NCBI RefSeq assembly: GCF_018350175.1
Contig: NC_058368.1
Span: forward strand, 82,214,001 to 82,278,000
Direction: 5' to 3'
Source of the DNA: Felis catus
Lineage: Eukaryota
DNA: 64,000 nucleotides
The position numbers and the translations under genes are program-made. This document shows, piece by piece, positions 22,531 to 36,314 of the stretch. The first letter of the stretch is position 1. The number at the start of each line of letters is the position of its first letter. Under the pieces are notes generated by a model, which had not been told where the DNA came from, searched no databases, and worked only from the letters and a program-made list of their open reading frames with translations.

Positions 22531-24840
22531 GTAAGGGCCTCACCAAGCTGTGTTATCGCCCCCAATTTAAACATCATATGGTTTTAATTTATTTACTTTG
22601 TGTTTGTTCATGATTGGACTATCAAGTTAAGTATTTTAGAACAGAATATTCTTTTTATTTTTGGAATATAAATTCTAAAAGATAAAAAATACTAGAAAAT
22701 GCAAATTCAATGAATGAGTAAAATTAGCTTTCATGTAGCTAATTCCAGAAAATGTCTGAGAAATGATATGTTTGAAATTTAACATGTGGGGGTCCCTCCA
22801 AAAAGGTCCAAAACTGTTAGAGGCTGAACTATCTCAGGGATTGAATGTTTGTGTAAAATGAAAATATGTAAAAGACTTGTAGCAGTTAGGACCACGTGTA
22901 TGAAGAAGTGTGAAACTAAGGGAAGCAACAGTTGCCTTCTAAATTTGTTTGCTTCTAGAACTATTACTTGGAATACTGGAGTATTGCAGAAATGAAAATA
23001 GCTGGAGTAAGTTGGAAGTGAGTTAATTAAAAGCTGTGTTTTTGGACGGACACCTCACAAAAGAGGATAGTTGGTCACAAAGCTGGTGGGAGGGCGGGGA
23101 CAGAAGGGCAGGGAGGGTGACAGCAGTGCTGGTGGACCCCAGGCCACGCCGGCAGGTGGCTCTGGAGTCAGTGTGAGGGCTGGTCGGACAGCAGAGCGGC
23201 CTCGCACAACTGACGACCCTTCCCTTGGTGGAGCTGCCCTGGGTCTCCATCCCTAGGAAAGAATGAAGTACAAGGTTTTTCATTAACCCTCGAATAGTCT
23301 TCAGCTTCTCGTTGTAGCATTTTTATGAAAGCGGAGGGGCAGCCTGGGTGTCTGACGGTTACACGGTCACAGCTCTTGAAAGGTATCATGCAGCCATAAA
23401 AGACGTGACAAGATCCGAGATAGCAAAGAGAAGTACATTGAGGCGCTGGCCTTAGTTCACCTTGTTACTCTTTGACCTCTCTTTTCTTGCTTCTCTTTTT
23501 TTCTGTTGGAAGCTCTGTTTGTCCACCTCCCGGTTACCATCACTTCCTTTAAACACTTCTCTAGATGCGCCTCCTCACGAAGCGTTCTGAGTCCCTTTAG
23601 TGTTTTCTCAGGCACTTTTGTGTCTTTTTACGTGCTTCTGGCCTGACCTCCATGTGTTAAGTTCCAGACCCAGAGTTTAAAGGACCCTGCTCTCCTCCGT
23701 GAGCTGCGCTTGGGGCTGTGCCATGCCGGCAGCATGGCCAGGACCTGCAGCCGTGCGAGGAGCCGGGGACCTGTGGACGGGAAGGTCATCGTCCGCGGCC
23801 GTCCCCGCTCCTTGCTCCGCGCAGGCTCCTCTGGGCTTCCATGTGTGTTTAGTTGAGCGAGGCTGGCAGCCGATAGTGGCGGTTGCCTGTGGCTTGGGAC
23901 AGAGAGGGGCAGAGTTCGGGTTCTGCATTGACCAGCCTTGTGGTCTCAGCAGAGTATCTCACACCTTGGACGTTGGGGTCCTCATCTACATGGCCGGGTT
24001 TGTTCTGGCCTAAACTGCTGTAATTTATATTTTTCACCACTCTAGCATTCACTGTTCAATGAGAACTTCATCCAGAGTCATGTGAACAGAGTTTTAACCT
24101 GTATGAAACTGCACGCTGTTGCTGGTGTGGTGCTGACTTGTAGGGCTTTGGGGTTTTATGCTGACGGGGGCTTACATTTGTGCCTGGCAATGCAGCCTTA
24201 GGAGGGCTTGACAAGGAGGGGGTGTGTGCGTGTCAGGGAGAAAGTGTGCTGTGGTCTGAGAAGTGGAAGGAACCTTCCTGGGGACCCGGCACCTGTTTAG
24301 TGACTTTGGGGTGAGCTGAGGCCCTTCTGACATGAATCCCTCACTCGTCAGCTCCCTGTGACAGGCTTGCAGGAGGACGGCAGCCTCGCCCTTTTTAGGC
24401 CCCTGGGCTCAGACTGCAGATTTAACCATGCCTAATAAACTACGCTAGCAAGTGACAAATTTGTGTTTCTCCAGCATAAATAGCAAGCAGAGCGTCAGAG
24501 CAGCCTGAAGTGACCAGTGCCATCGTGGACTTCCATGTGCCCCTCATGACGGAAAGTCATTCAGTGGGTTTTGAAATAATAATTGCTGGAAGGCCCTCTT
24601 GGATCGTCTGGGAAATCCCTAAAAGTCTGAGTGGAAACGGTTCAGGACACCAAGGTCTAGGAACTACTTAATTGTTGGCGCTGAGAACAGCCACAGTCAT
24701 TTCTTCTGATGGCGCGTCCTGTTGGGTGTGTGCACCCCTGCCTCGCTGTGCTCTAGCTCCCCTTATGCTGCCGGCTCAGCTTTCATGTGCTAGCTCCCCG
24801 TTTCTGTCTCTGCCTGGGAGTTGTGTTTTCTCCTCTTTTT

Positions 24841-25031
24841 CTCCTTTTTTCTTTTTAACATTTGCTTTTTTGAGAGAGAGCTCAAGTGAGAGGGGGAGGG
24901 AAGGGAGAGAGAGAATCCCAAGCAGGCTCCACACTGTCAGCAGGGAGCCTAACTCGGGGCTCAATCCCGTGAACCATGAGCTGAGATCAAGAGTCAGAGA
25001 AACTCAACTGACTGAGCCGCCCAGGCACCCC
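24841..25031 (-). mobile_element. Can-SINE
   Basis: gagagaatcccaagcaggctccacactgtcagc...ccaggcacccc. Confidence 0.92.
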
Positions 25032-26659
25032 CTCTTCCCCTTTTCTCCTTATTTGTTCCCTCAGTAAACCCTTGCTCCAGACGCTGGTGGCTACTGACTA
25101 TGAGGTGGTATACACAGCCCTGTGGCCCTCCCTTGTGGGACTGCAGGTCTGGGATTTCAGAGGGATGTATAGGGTTGTGGACAGAAGCCCTGGGACAAGA
25201 GCTGAGGAAAATGGAGTTCGGGAGGGGATGCAGCTGTGGTGCAGATGCGTGGGGACCAGGCTGCTGTGAATTCCAACACGGGGAGTTGCCTGGGACCCTG
25301 CTGAGCAGCAGGATCTGATATGTGTGGCTGGAGAGCCCATGTTTCTGGGAGCCCCAGGTGGTCCAGATGCCCCATGCAGAGCAAAGATCTGTGGGCAGTG
25401 CCCGCATTTCCCACCCTCGTTTGCTGCACACTGTGCTTCTTGGGCTAATAGATCCCAGCCCTCCTGACCAAGGTTTGGTAGCGACCTCAGAAATCTTTAG
25501 TCTGGCCTTTGAAAGTCTACAGATGTAGAAGGCAGAGTAGAGAGACGGTTACTTCCCCAAGGTGCTCAACCAATAATGGGGTCAGTCCCGAGCTCCGGGA
25601 TCCCTTGTGGGCAGAAAAACCCCTAATGCTGCTTATAGGAGTGGCTACCCTAAAACCTGGGAACCTTAAAATTCAGCATGCTGGCCTCCCCAGGAGCTGT
25701 GCCTAGGTCTGCAGGTGCACCCTGGCCCTCCCGCTGCTCCTGGCTATGACACAGGAAGAGGGGGAGCCATTGGAAGGCCATTAAACCACAACAGCCATCG
25801 CCACTCCCAGGTGCCAGAAGCAGGGATCAGGGAATCTGAACCTTGGAGAAGCAGCCTTGGGGGCTAACCTCTCTCTGGAAGGCGAGCACAGAGCCTGGGT
25901 TGGCCAGAGACACGTGGCAGAGGACAGAGTGGCTCTGTGTGGAAGGCTGAGTCTTCAGTTCGTTTGCCTTTGTCAGCATCCCACCATTTGACTCGGGACT
26001 TGGTGGTGTCGGGAGGATCTTGTAACTCGTTCCTGAAGTTGGAAGCTTCTGTTATGGACAAGCAGGCTGGCAGCTGGTTATGGCTGTGGGCGGCCAGGGT
26101 GTGTGTGTGCCCATTTGGCCACAGTAGGAAGTCGGTGCCCAGCCTTAGGAACAGCTTCCCGGCTGCCCTGATTCCTGAAGACAGTGTTGTGATTTTGAAA
26201 GAGGTGTTCCTTTTTATCAGGAAGGAGAGCAGGGGAGGAAAAAGATCACATCCTTCAGAGCACCCAAAGACACAGATGAGGCTTGCCAGCCAGTGGGGCC
26301 CACAACGTTTGCCTCTGAGCTTCTGTGCCAAGCCCTGCACCCCTTGCCCCCCTCTGGGCCCCCTTGCGCTCTTGCCAGAGGGCCTGGCTGCGCAAGTTGG
26401 TTTTGTCCAAGAGGGTGTAAGGTGAGAAGAAAATGAATAAGTGCTTTCCAGTAGGATAGGATGAGTTTCGGTTAATTTCTTTTGTCACTATGTACCATTC
26501 ACATTTGTATAAACGTCAGGTAGTTTTTAGTATCCCGTCTGTTCAACTCAGTTAAAAACCTTGGAGCGTTAAAATCAACCCTGATTTCTTCCACATTTTC
26601 CATTATGTCTAACCCAGCACTGAGAGCTCACTGAGGTGCCTCATCAATATTTGATTATT

Positions 26660-26895
26660 GAGCCGTGCTGCCTGGGTCTGTGTCCTGACACTGACTTCCA
26701 TGTGACCGTGGACAAGTTAGTGGGCTTTGTGTTTTCATCTAGAAAAGGTAGAGGTCATGCTGTCTTCCTTTGCGATGTGTTCTGAGGATTAGATTATATG
26801 TGCACAGACATGTATTACACGGAGAGGCATGTGTGTTTAGTCCCAGTAACAATACTTAGCACTCAGTAAGCTGACGGAAGTGTTACTGTTTTTAC
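26660..26895. mobile_element. MIR remnant
   Basis: tgtgaccgtggacaagtta...tttcatctagaaaa...tgaggattaga MIR core-like motifs. Confidence 0.55.
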
Positions 26896-27066
26896 TGTGT
26901 TCAGATTACGACTTTGGGTGTTGTGCTGATGTGTTTACCGCAGAGCTACTTCCTGAACAATTTAGGCCCGTGACCAGGCAGTATATGTGTATGCACTCTG
27001 CACGGAGCCGGTCAAGAGCTGACCGTTGTCACTAAAACCTGTGTAAACGAATGTGTTCTCTTCAAG

Positions 27067-27253
27067 GTCTGGAAGATAGCCTTACAAGGACCGTGTTACA
27101 TGACACTATTAATGATCGCATTTGGCTTGTTATGGGGACACCTTTTACAGATCAGACCCACTCAGAGCGTCTTTATTTCTACGTGCCTGTCCTTATCAAG
27201 CACACCCTTAGTGTCCAGATTCCTCGTGGGCAGTGCCCGGGGTGAAAAAGAAG
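27067..27253 (+). CDS. TMCO3: TMCO3 exon 7
   Basis: cttcaag|GTC...GAAG|gtaggt; [27 protein letters not shown]...[15 protein letters not shown]...GEKE (SLSST motif); 187 nt, phase 0-1. Confidence 0.96.
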
Positions 27254-28479
27254 GTAGGTGATAACATGTTCTAAGTATGTGTTGAAGTATTAGGTATTCA
27301 ACTGGCTTGAATTCACTCCAAAGGCCTCTTAGAAAAAATTGCAACTCTCTCTCCCTCCCTGGGCTTTACTAACAGTCACGGGCCCTCGTGCTGTGTTCAC
27401 TCAGGAACTGACACCCTCATCAGTTCAATTGTTCCACATTTCCACTCGATTAAGAAAACAGCTTTTACATGCTCATTAATTTAGGATAGTTGGAGGACCA
27501 CATTTAAATAAAGAAGAAAATCCACGTTGGAAAGTGCACTGTGGAATTGGTGGTTTAAGGGACGAACACCGCACCGACCTGAAATCACCAGTTGTCCTCA
27601 CGGGAGATGACATGGCGTGTGTTGCCTGCAGTGCCGCGAACGGGTGTGTGTTATGTGCAGCCTGAAGTAGAGCGACAGGTGCACTCTGTTCACTGCTTTA
27701 ACTCTGGCTGTGGTTGGAAACTTACAGACTTTTGGTACCTTTTTTCTATAAACTACGTGACGGGTACTTGGTGGTTGGGAGTATTTTCACCTCTTTGGGC
27801 CTAGTTTCATGTCTGTACTGGCAACACCAGCCTCTGATCGTTACTGGACCTAGCGAAGCCAGCCTGGGTCAGCAGCTTAGGGACGAACGTCCTGGGCTGA
27901 CTCACGCTGGCAGCTTCCAGCTTCGACAGTACTGCTGGTTTATATCCTGTGAACTTGTAGTGACTTTCACTGTCTTGCTCTTGTTTTGTGAAAGTCAGTA
28001 AAAAATGGTGAAAACGTCGTAGCAGCTTCATACTGGCATTTGCCCTGCACCAAACACACCACAGTGAGAGAAAAATAGGAAAAAGGAAAGCAGAGTGGTG
28101 TGGCTGGCTTCTCTGATAAAGCTGACCTTGCTGTACTTGGGGCTGGTCCTGGGGCTGCAGGCTCCTGGCATTGGTGGTGGCCACACGCAGCCCACCCACT
28201 GACTGACTGTGGGCCAGTGGGCCACAGAAGCAGCCTCCTCGCTTGGAACTGTACTAACTAGTGGTCTCGTCTGTGGGGCCCAGTGTCCCTGTGGCCTGGT
28301 GCTTAGGACCACCCCTCACAAAGCCCTAGTGACAGAAGGAGGTGAGGCACCGGCAGTGGTGTAGGAGGATGAAAACAACTGCTTCTGTAAGGACCTGCAC
28401 ACTGGAGTCCAGCATGTGTGAGGAGTGAGGACGTCAGTGGCTGGGAGAGTTCTGTAACAACCCCAACTGTCAGGATGTG

Positions 28480-30760
28480 AATTCTCCTTGCTTATGGAAA
28501 AGTCTAATAACCACAGTGAAATAAGCATGCTTGAAGCACTCAACATAAGTGAAGAATTCATGCCTATTGGATTAGGCACAAGGATAGGACACAGTACACA
28601 CAGAAAATGGGAAAGAATGCCAAGAAACAAAGGAATAGTTAAGAGGCTCAGCATATATACAGCAGAAGTCCTGGAAGAATAGAGTGGAGAGCATAGCTGC
28701 TGACTTTCAGACTTGGAGGAAAATGTGAGCCCTTAGCCTGAACGTTCCACCCCAAAACCGAGCAGGAAAAAGGACAAGAATAAATGTACCCTCGGCACAT
28801 CCCGGTACAACAGCAGAGCTTCAGGGACTAAGGGGAAGGCTTGACAGCTGTCAGAGAACACAGGTGATCCGTACGCCTCCACCACACCGGGGGCAGATGG
28901 GGCCTGTGGAGCCGCGTCTCTGGCGTGCATGCCCAGCAGAGCTGCCAAGAGCAGGCACAGGTGAAGGCGTCGTCAGACACATGTAGGCTTGGCAGCGTGG
29001 CTGCCCGTCTGGAACATGGGAGGACCAAGCACCACAGGTTTAATTAACCTTGTACACAAAGTGCCTCATGTATCTTGTGCATGGACTGCTGGAAAAGGAG
29101 GGCTTTTTCCACTTTGTAGAGGCCAGGAGGTGCCAAGATGGCGGAGCAGCATGGAAGCTTTGTGCGTTTCTCATCCCTGAAGTGCAGCCAGAGCAACACC
29201 AGACCATCTTGCACGCCTAGAAAATCAATCTCAGGATTATCTCAACAATCGGCACAACTTGAACCACAGAACTTGTCAGGTATGTGGTGCAGAGAGGTGA
29301 ACTAGGGGGAGGGGAGAAGCCGTTGGGGGGGTAGGAAGCTGTTTTTGCTTGCGGAGAGAGAACAGAGACAGCGGGCGTAGGTGGGAGAGAGTACAGGAAA
29401 AGCACTTTGTAGAAGGCCAGCTGAGAACTTGGGCCTAAGAAGGTAGGAGTGTCTACAGGGTTGCCGGTGGGGAGGCAATGCTCATGTTGAGAGACTTGGG
29501 CTTTGTAGAAACTGATAATCACAGATGTGCTAAAGTGTGGCACCTGAAGGACCGCTAGAAAATGTACTTTGGGAGAAAAAGGCTTTGACTTATAACGGCC
29601 ATGACAACGTGGGAATAAATCTTTGAAGAGATATGTGTGACCTTGGAGGACAGAAGTACAAAATGTTATCGAAGAGAGAGCCTGTGTTCATGATGAAGAG
29701 ACTCAATACATAAAGGTGCGGTTTCTCCTGAGTCTATAAACTCCCAACTATCCCAGTAAAAAATCTGGCAGGGTTTTTCATGAAATTTGGCAAACTGCTC
29801 CTGAAGTTTATTTTAAGAACAAAGGCCAAGAATAGCCAGTGTCAGTTTGAAGTGAGGTGCTTCCATATCAGACGGCAGGCCCTGCGGTCCTGTCCCTGTG
29901 CTTGGGTGGTGCGGTGTGTCTGGGCCAGATGGGGCAGGAGACGATGGACAGGCGGACACGATCAGGGCGCGTGTGGCTGGGGGTGGGTGGGAGTTAGTCC
30001 TTGGAGTCCTCCCTTGAGCCGCACACAGAAACCAGCCCCACACAGATTGAACAGCTCAGTGTGTTGGGCAGAACTTCAGAGCCTGCTAGGGAGAAATATG
30101 GGTGACCTAGAGCAGAGAGGATTTCTGGAAGCGAGATGCAGAATCCAAAGCAAAAAGTGTTGATAAACCCGGACACGTGGAACTTTAACTTTTACTTAAA
30201 AGGTATCTTTAGAAGTTGCAAACTAGAAGACATGTGCTATGTATATAAAATGTGCAAGAAGTAGTACTTAGAATGCATCAAGAGTTTTAAGAATCAAAAC
30301 GGAAGGAAACCCTGATGGAAAATAGAACTTCTTCCCAATGGAGAACTTACGGAAGAGGAGTCATGCACACTACGTGAACATGGAGAAATGCTGGCCTCGC
30401 TAGCGAATCGGGACGTGCAGGTGCAGACCTGTCCTCCCATGAGCCAGCCAGGTGTCTCGCCGGACCTGCCCCATGTCGGCATGAGTGCAAGCGCTCACGG
30501 GTACTCAGTGGGAGCGTGAGCTGGTTTGGTCACTTTGGGGAACAGTTCCACAAACAGAGATGTCCATTTCTAGAGACATGTCCTAGAAAACTTCAAATGT
30601 GAAAGAATACTCAAAATACTTATTTTTGATAGCAAAAAATTTTAAGTAATCTGAGCATTTAGTAATCCAACGAATAATTAAATTATGGTGTGTCCATATA
30701 CTGGAATACTGCAGAGGTAAAAATGAATTAATCTTACACTATGGAGGGAGAAATAGAAGA
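28480..30760 (+). mobile_element. Highly degenerate old L1M pieces (ORF1/ORF2/3' remnants), interrupted by a younger L1 5' fragment
   Basis: gaagagactcaatacataaag...atcccagtaaaaaatctggcagggtttttcatgaaattt and attatggtgtgtccatatactggaatact L1-like motifs. Confidence 0.5.
29127..29402 (+). mobile_element. Isolated carnivore L1 5'-UTR start (276 bp) flanked by direct repeats
   Basis: Begins GAGGTGCCAAGATGGCGG (YY1 site typical of L1 5' termini). Flanked by CACTTTGTAGA(A)GGCCAG at 29110-29126 and 29403-29420. Confidence 0.75.
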
Positions 30761-31974
30761 TACAGAGGACATCTGGTCCAATATAATTTACGTAAACTTT
30801 GAAACTGTGCAAAGCTGCGTCCTCACAAACCTGCACACTGAGAGCATTTGGAAGTGCCTGAGGATGACACCCCTGCCCCTCTTCATATGTGGGTTTATTG
30901 TTGCCCCAATTCTCCTTTTCTGTTCCTCAGGGTTCCGGCCAGTACATTGGATAGTGGGGCCCAGACCCTCAAAGGGGTCAGTAAATAGCTCCAGCCTTCC
31001 ATGGCCATGCTCAGAACCCATATAGCCATGAAGGGGACAGGCGGCTGGAAGTCACGGTAGCAACTTGATTATGATGAAAGATGACAATGGAAGATGTAGC
31101 AGTGGTGGCCTTCAGTACCTATCCCCCATGCAGCATGGACCCACAGAAGCCTCTTCTAGAAAACACAGGCCTGCAAGAGACTGCCATGCTGCGACCTCAC
31201 CATCCCCTTGCCCAGGTGGAGACTCTCATCTGTAGAGTAGGGTGGGCAGGGTGGGGCACGGGGCCAGGGCGGAGGCCATGAGTGGTGAGGGGGAGTCTCT
31301 CCTGGTGAGAACACAAGCAAGGGAAGGGGGTGTGTCCAGCAAATGTGCTAGAATGTTCATTATAGCATGCTTGTAGTAATGGAAAGATTGAAAACCTAAG
31401 TGCCCAACATCAGGGAATGGGTAAATTGCTGTATTCTACAGCAGTTTTAAAAAGAGATCTTTGTGCATCAACACAGATAATTTTCAGACATAATGGTAAG
31501 CAAAAACAAAAGCAAGTTGCAGAAATATGGATTAAGTTATAAAAAGTTTATAATTACAAAATAACAAACTCAGTGTTATTCCCGGATACATAGCTGTTAT
31601 TTTGTTAAAAGTAGAAAACCACTCAAGAGAATAAAAAACATGGAACCTAAGGCAGTGATTGGGGGTGTGGCGGGGGGGTCCAGCCGCAGGTGGCGGGCTC
31701 ATGGTACCTGCATTGTCCAGTATCTTCTTTCCCAAAAATCTGAAGTCAGGGTCTCAAAGGTTTAAGATTTAGCAAAACACAATAGTGGGTATGTGGGTAT
31801 TTGTTATATTTTTTATTTTCCATATGTTTAAGGTATTTAATAAAACAGATGGAAAACAAAAAATTTTAAATGCTTATAGTAGTGGTAAGCACAAAGATTA
31901 AACTTAGTGTAAAATGCAGATGAAAAATATTAAAAGTTCTATCTTTAATTTTTAACAGTTCAGTCTAATTCTTA

Positions 31975-31997
31975 AATTTTTTTAATGTTCATTTATT

Positions 31998-32036
<39 letters not shown>

Positions 32037-32189
32037 GTGGGGGAGGGGCAGAGAGAGAGGGAGAGAATCCCAAGCAGGCTCCCGGCTGTCAGCATAAAGC
32101 CTGACGTGGGGCTCGAACCCACAAGCCGTGAGGTCATGACTTGAGCCACAGCAGGCTGCTTAACTGACTGAGCCACCCAGGCTCCCCAG
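31975..32189 (-). mobile_element. Can-SINE with (GA)n microsatellite
   Basis: (GA)n at ~32001-32032, followed by a typical body. Confidence 0.93.
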
Positions 32190-33774
32190 GCAAAGTAATT
32201 CTTTCGCCTCTGTGTTCACTGTACTGTTTCCTTTTACATCAGTTGCTGTGGTTAGTCTTTCCCCTCCAGCCTCAGTGAGCTGCTGCTCTGCACTTGCTCC
32301 CTGAGTGCTCCCTGTGGACTGGGCCATGCTGGGGGTGCCCCCCTCTGTTCGTGCTGCCCGCCATCTGCTGGTAGATAGTTGATGCCCGCCCAGTTAAGAC
32401 CGCTGTGATCTGGTGAAAGGCAAAGAGCAGGATTTTAAAAACATTTACAAAATGCTGGCAGTGTATCAGTAAATGATTTTTTGAAAAAGTAAGGTATGAC
32501 TGGAATTATGCGTCTCCTCTAAGTCCGGAAGAGGCACCATCACGGGCGCAGGGCTCAAGTGTGTTCACCTCGCATGAGGACTTGGGGAGGAAGACCGCGG
32601 TGTGACTGCGAGCACAGGACCTGGCACGCTTCCTGGGATCAGGACAGGAGAATCACAGTCAGGAACCAATGGAGGGGTTTGTTGAAAATGATGGGTTTTT
32701 GAAGTGTCCCACTCACCCATTATTAGTGTGGGGAATTCTCCTTCACTTTTAAGTTGTAAAGCTTTAGCCGCAGCAACCTCATGGCGCTATCCACTTAGAA
32801 TGTTTTAAAATTCTAAGCCAAAAACAAATAAATAAATCAAATTCTAAAGCCTGGATACTTTATTCACCAAAAATTTAACTTTGAGTGGTAAGTAAGACAA
32901 GCTTCCTAGAAGGAGTACCTAAACTTCTAACAATTGTGATTTTTGCTGGTGATGAAAGATTTTAATTTTATTTGATTAGCTTATTCTTTTTCTTTTCTGT
33001 AAGATTACTCTTACCAGATTAGCCTTTAAATATCTGTTACTGTCAGTTGCTTTTTTTTCTTTTTTAAGAAAACAAAAATAGCTTATTTTATGGGGGAACA
33101 TGACAATTAAAAGTTTGGTCCAAAGCCAGAACTGTTGGTTGGAAATGGAGACACCGAACACCTGTGTGACGCGTGGAGTTCGGGAAAATGGTACCCGTTT
33201 CCGGTCGCCTTTGTGGATGAGCCACATGGTCCCTTCGGGCAGCCCTGGCTACTGCCTTCTGTCCTGTCCACCTGATGAGCCTCTCTGCATTTGTGTCGGT
33301 GACAGACGCTCACTGTGGCCATGATGGCGGGCTGGAGGGAAGGCGACCTGTCAGCTGGGTCAGCCAGCAGGTGCGACCAGAAGGGGGGTAGGGTTAGGTC
33401 TCCTGAAGCGCTTAGGGGAGAGAGAAAGACTGGCGTGAAGGCTGTTTCCTGTATTCTGGGGACACACAGTGACATTGACCTGCTTATCCAGTCTCACCAT
33501 ACTCTTGTGCCCCGTGCCATCTTTCCACGATGGCGTTTTTTTCTTTAAGTGTGTTAGTAACAAGTGCTGGAAATATCCTGGAAGTTTTCTTTACAAAAAG
33601 TTTTTCATGTTGAAGATGTTTCAGTGTTTGCCCTCAAAGAGATTCTAAAGTCTGTATTCTCTTTAAGTGGCAGAATTTGAATTATTTCAGAAATGTGCCT
33701 GATGACCGTATTTTGACGTGGGATACTTTAAGTTACTGTAAACGTGTGCCATTGACACATTCTTCCTCAAGCAG

Positions 33775-33892
33775 GTGACGTTGACTACAGCGCGGTGCTG
33801 CTTGGGATGCTCGTAGTGCAGGACGTGCAGCTGGGCCTGTTCATAGCCGGCCTGCCCACCCTCATCCAGGCCGGGACCGGCGCCTACTCCAG
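33775..33892 (+). CDS. TMCO3: TMCO3 exon 8
   Basis: caagcag|GT...CAG|gtaacc; (G)[38 protein letters not shown], containing the KefC/KEA-type QD motif; 118 nt, phase 1-2. Confidence 0.95.
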
Positions 33893-34029
33893 GTAACCAC
33901 GCTGCTCCTTCCTCCCCGCTCTGTTTCCAGCTTCCCGCCGTCCGCTGACGAAAATGCGGTGTAATACCGTCTCCCGAAGAGATGCTTAGAGCTTGTCCGG
34001 CGCAGGCAGAGAGCGTGGTCTCTGGGGTC

Positions 34030-34200
34030 ACGCCGCCTGGGCTCAGGCTCCAGCTCTGTCAACCTCGGGCAAATTCCTTAACCTCACTCTGCCTCGTTGT
34101 TGTCATCTAGAAAGTGGGGATGGTGTTACTCCCTAACAGGTTAGTTAGGATTAAATGGGCTAAAATCTAAAAGTGCTCAGAATGGTGCCTGGAACATACT
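34030..34200. mobile_element. MIR remnant
   Basis: cccagctctg...cctcgggcaaattccttaacctc...catctagaaagtggggat...aaagtgctcagaatggtgcctgg. Confidence 0.7.
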
Positions 34201-35719
34201 GTGTGTGAGTGTGTGTGAGGTCGTGTGAGATTGTCTGACCACGTGCGTGATTGTGCGCGTGCATGCCATCATCGTGGGGACCATTGTTGTGAGTGTCTCC
34301 GTTACCATTTCCTCTTTTCCTTATCTCAATGAAACAATCCCCCAAACCCAAACTGCACTTGCTACGTTCATGTGGAGGGAAGTCAAATTGAAAAGTGGAA
34401 GAATAAGTTCGCCCAGAAAGTCCTAGGTTATGCTGTACACACTGTTACCAGAACGCCAGCCCGAAAATAAATCCCTTGGAAAATGTAAGGAGCCCCATAA
34501 AATTTAAAGGTAAATTGCATGCAAGTTAGGACTGTAAGCTTGAGTTTATTTTAATAAGCAAATAGGCAATATGTTGTGCTTTAAGTATTTCCAGACGCTG
34601 CATTTACTTCGCGTCTCACAGTGATGATGCTATAACTTACAAATTAGTAGACTTTTTTGAAATTTCTTTGGGAACCACTTTGAAATTCTGAGATCTGTCG
34701 CTTATTTCTTCTTTCTCTATATGCCTTTTATCTGTTCTTCTTGCCTTGTTGCACTGGCTAGAATTTCCAGTACTTCAATGAGTGAGATTATGTGTGTAGA
34801 TGTTCCTGCCTTCTTCCTCATCTGAAACAGAAAGCATCCATTCTTTCACCGTCAAATGCAGTGTTAACTGTCGGGTTTATATTACTTTTAGGAAGTTACC
34901 TTCTAATCTCAGTTTGCTAAGAGTTTTTATTGTAAGTACACATTGGGTTTTGTCAACTGCTTTTTCTGCATCTCTTGGTATGATTGTGTGGTTTTTCTTC
35001 TTTAGCTGTTTGATGTGGCAGATTACGTTGATTGATTTTTGGAAGTCAAGCCAGCCTTACATAGGTAGAATGAATCCTACTTGGTTGCGGTATATAATTC
35101 TTTTTATACGTTGTTGCCTCCAATTAGCTAATGTTTTGTTGAGGAGTTTTGGGTCTGAGTTCATGAGAGAGAATGGTGTGTAGCTTTCTTTTATGGTATT
35201 CTCAATTTCTGGTTTTGGTGTTAGGGTAATACTAGGTTCATAACATGATTTGGGAAGTGTTTCTCCTTTTTCTTTTTCTGGAAAACATTGCATCAAACTG
35301 CCATTAATTCTTCCTTAAATATTTGGTAGAATTCTCCAGTGAAACTATCTGGGCCTTGAGATTTCTTTGGGGGGATTTTTGCTAAGTTACAAATTCAGTT
35401 TGCTTAATGGTTATGAGGCTATTCAAATTATCTACAAATTATCTGCATATTGTTGAGTTGTGGTAGCTTGGTTTTTCAAAGAATGGGTCCATCCCATTTC
35501 ACATGTGGAGGTTACATGTGCAGACTTGGTCATAGTATATCCCATCATCTTTTGATGTCTGTAGGGTCTGCAGTAATGTTTCCTGTGTTGCTCCTGATGT
35601 TGGTAACTTGTGCTTTCTCTCTCTGTCAATCTTTCTAGAGGGTTGGCAGTTATTTTAATTTCTTCAAAGACCAGCTTTTGTTTCATTGGCTTTTTTCTTT
35701 TTTTATATATGTATAACAA

Positions 35720-35918
35720 ATTTAATGTTTGTTTATATTTGAGAGAGAGAGAGAACGAGCAGGGCAGGGGCAGGGAGAGAGAAACACAGAATCTGAAACA
35801 GGCTCCAGGCTCTGAGCTGTCAGCACAGAGCCCAATGCGGGGCTCCAACTCGCAGACTGCGAGATCATGACCCAAGTTGAAGTCGGACGCTCAACCGATT
35901 GAGCCGCCCGGATGCCCC
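35720..35918 (-). mobile_element. Can-SINE nested in old L1
   Basis: Typical body, antisense. Confidence 0.92.
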
Positions 35919-36314
35919 GTCTTTGTTTTTCTGTTTTTAATTTCTTTGGTTTCTATCCTTCTGGCTTTTCTCCTGTTTGTTTTGGCTGTTATTTTTCTAG
36001 GTTCTTGTGCTGTGAATGTAGCTTATTGACTTGAAACCTTTCTTCTTTTCTACTGTGTTTAGTGCCACACGTTTCCCTTGCAGCACTGTCTTAGCTGCAT
36101 CTTGTTTCTTTTGGTATGTTGTATTTTTATCTTCATTTAGTTCAGTTAATTTAAAACATTTCCTTTGAAGCTTCCTCTTTGATCTATGGATCATTTAGAA
36201 GTCTGTTGCTCAGTTTCCAAGTGTTTGTGGAGATTTACCTGTTGTCTTTCTGTCATTGGTTTCTGGTTTGATTCCACTCTGGTCACAGAACAAGCACACT
36301 TTGTTTTTGTCTTT

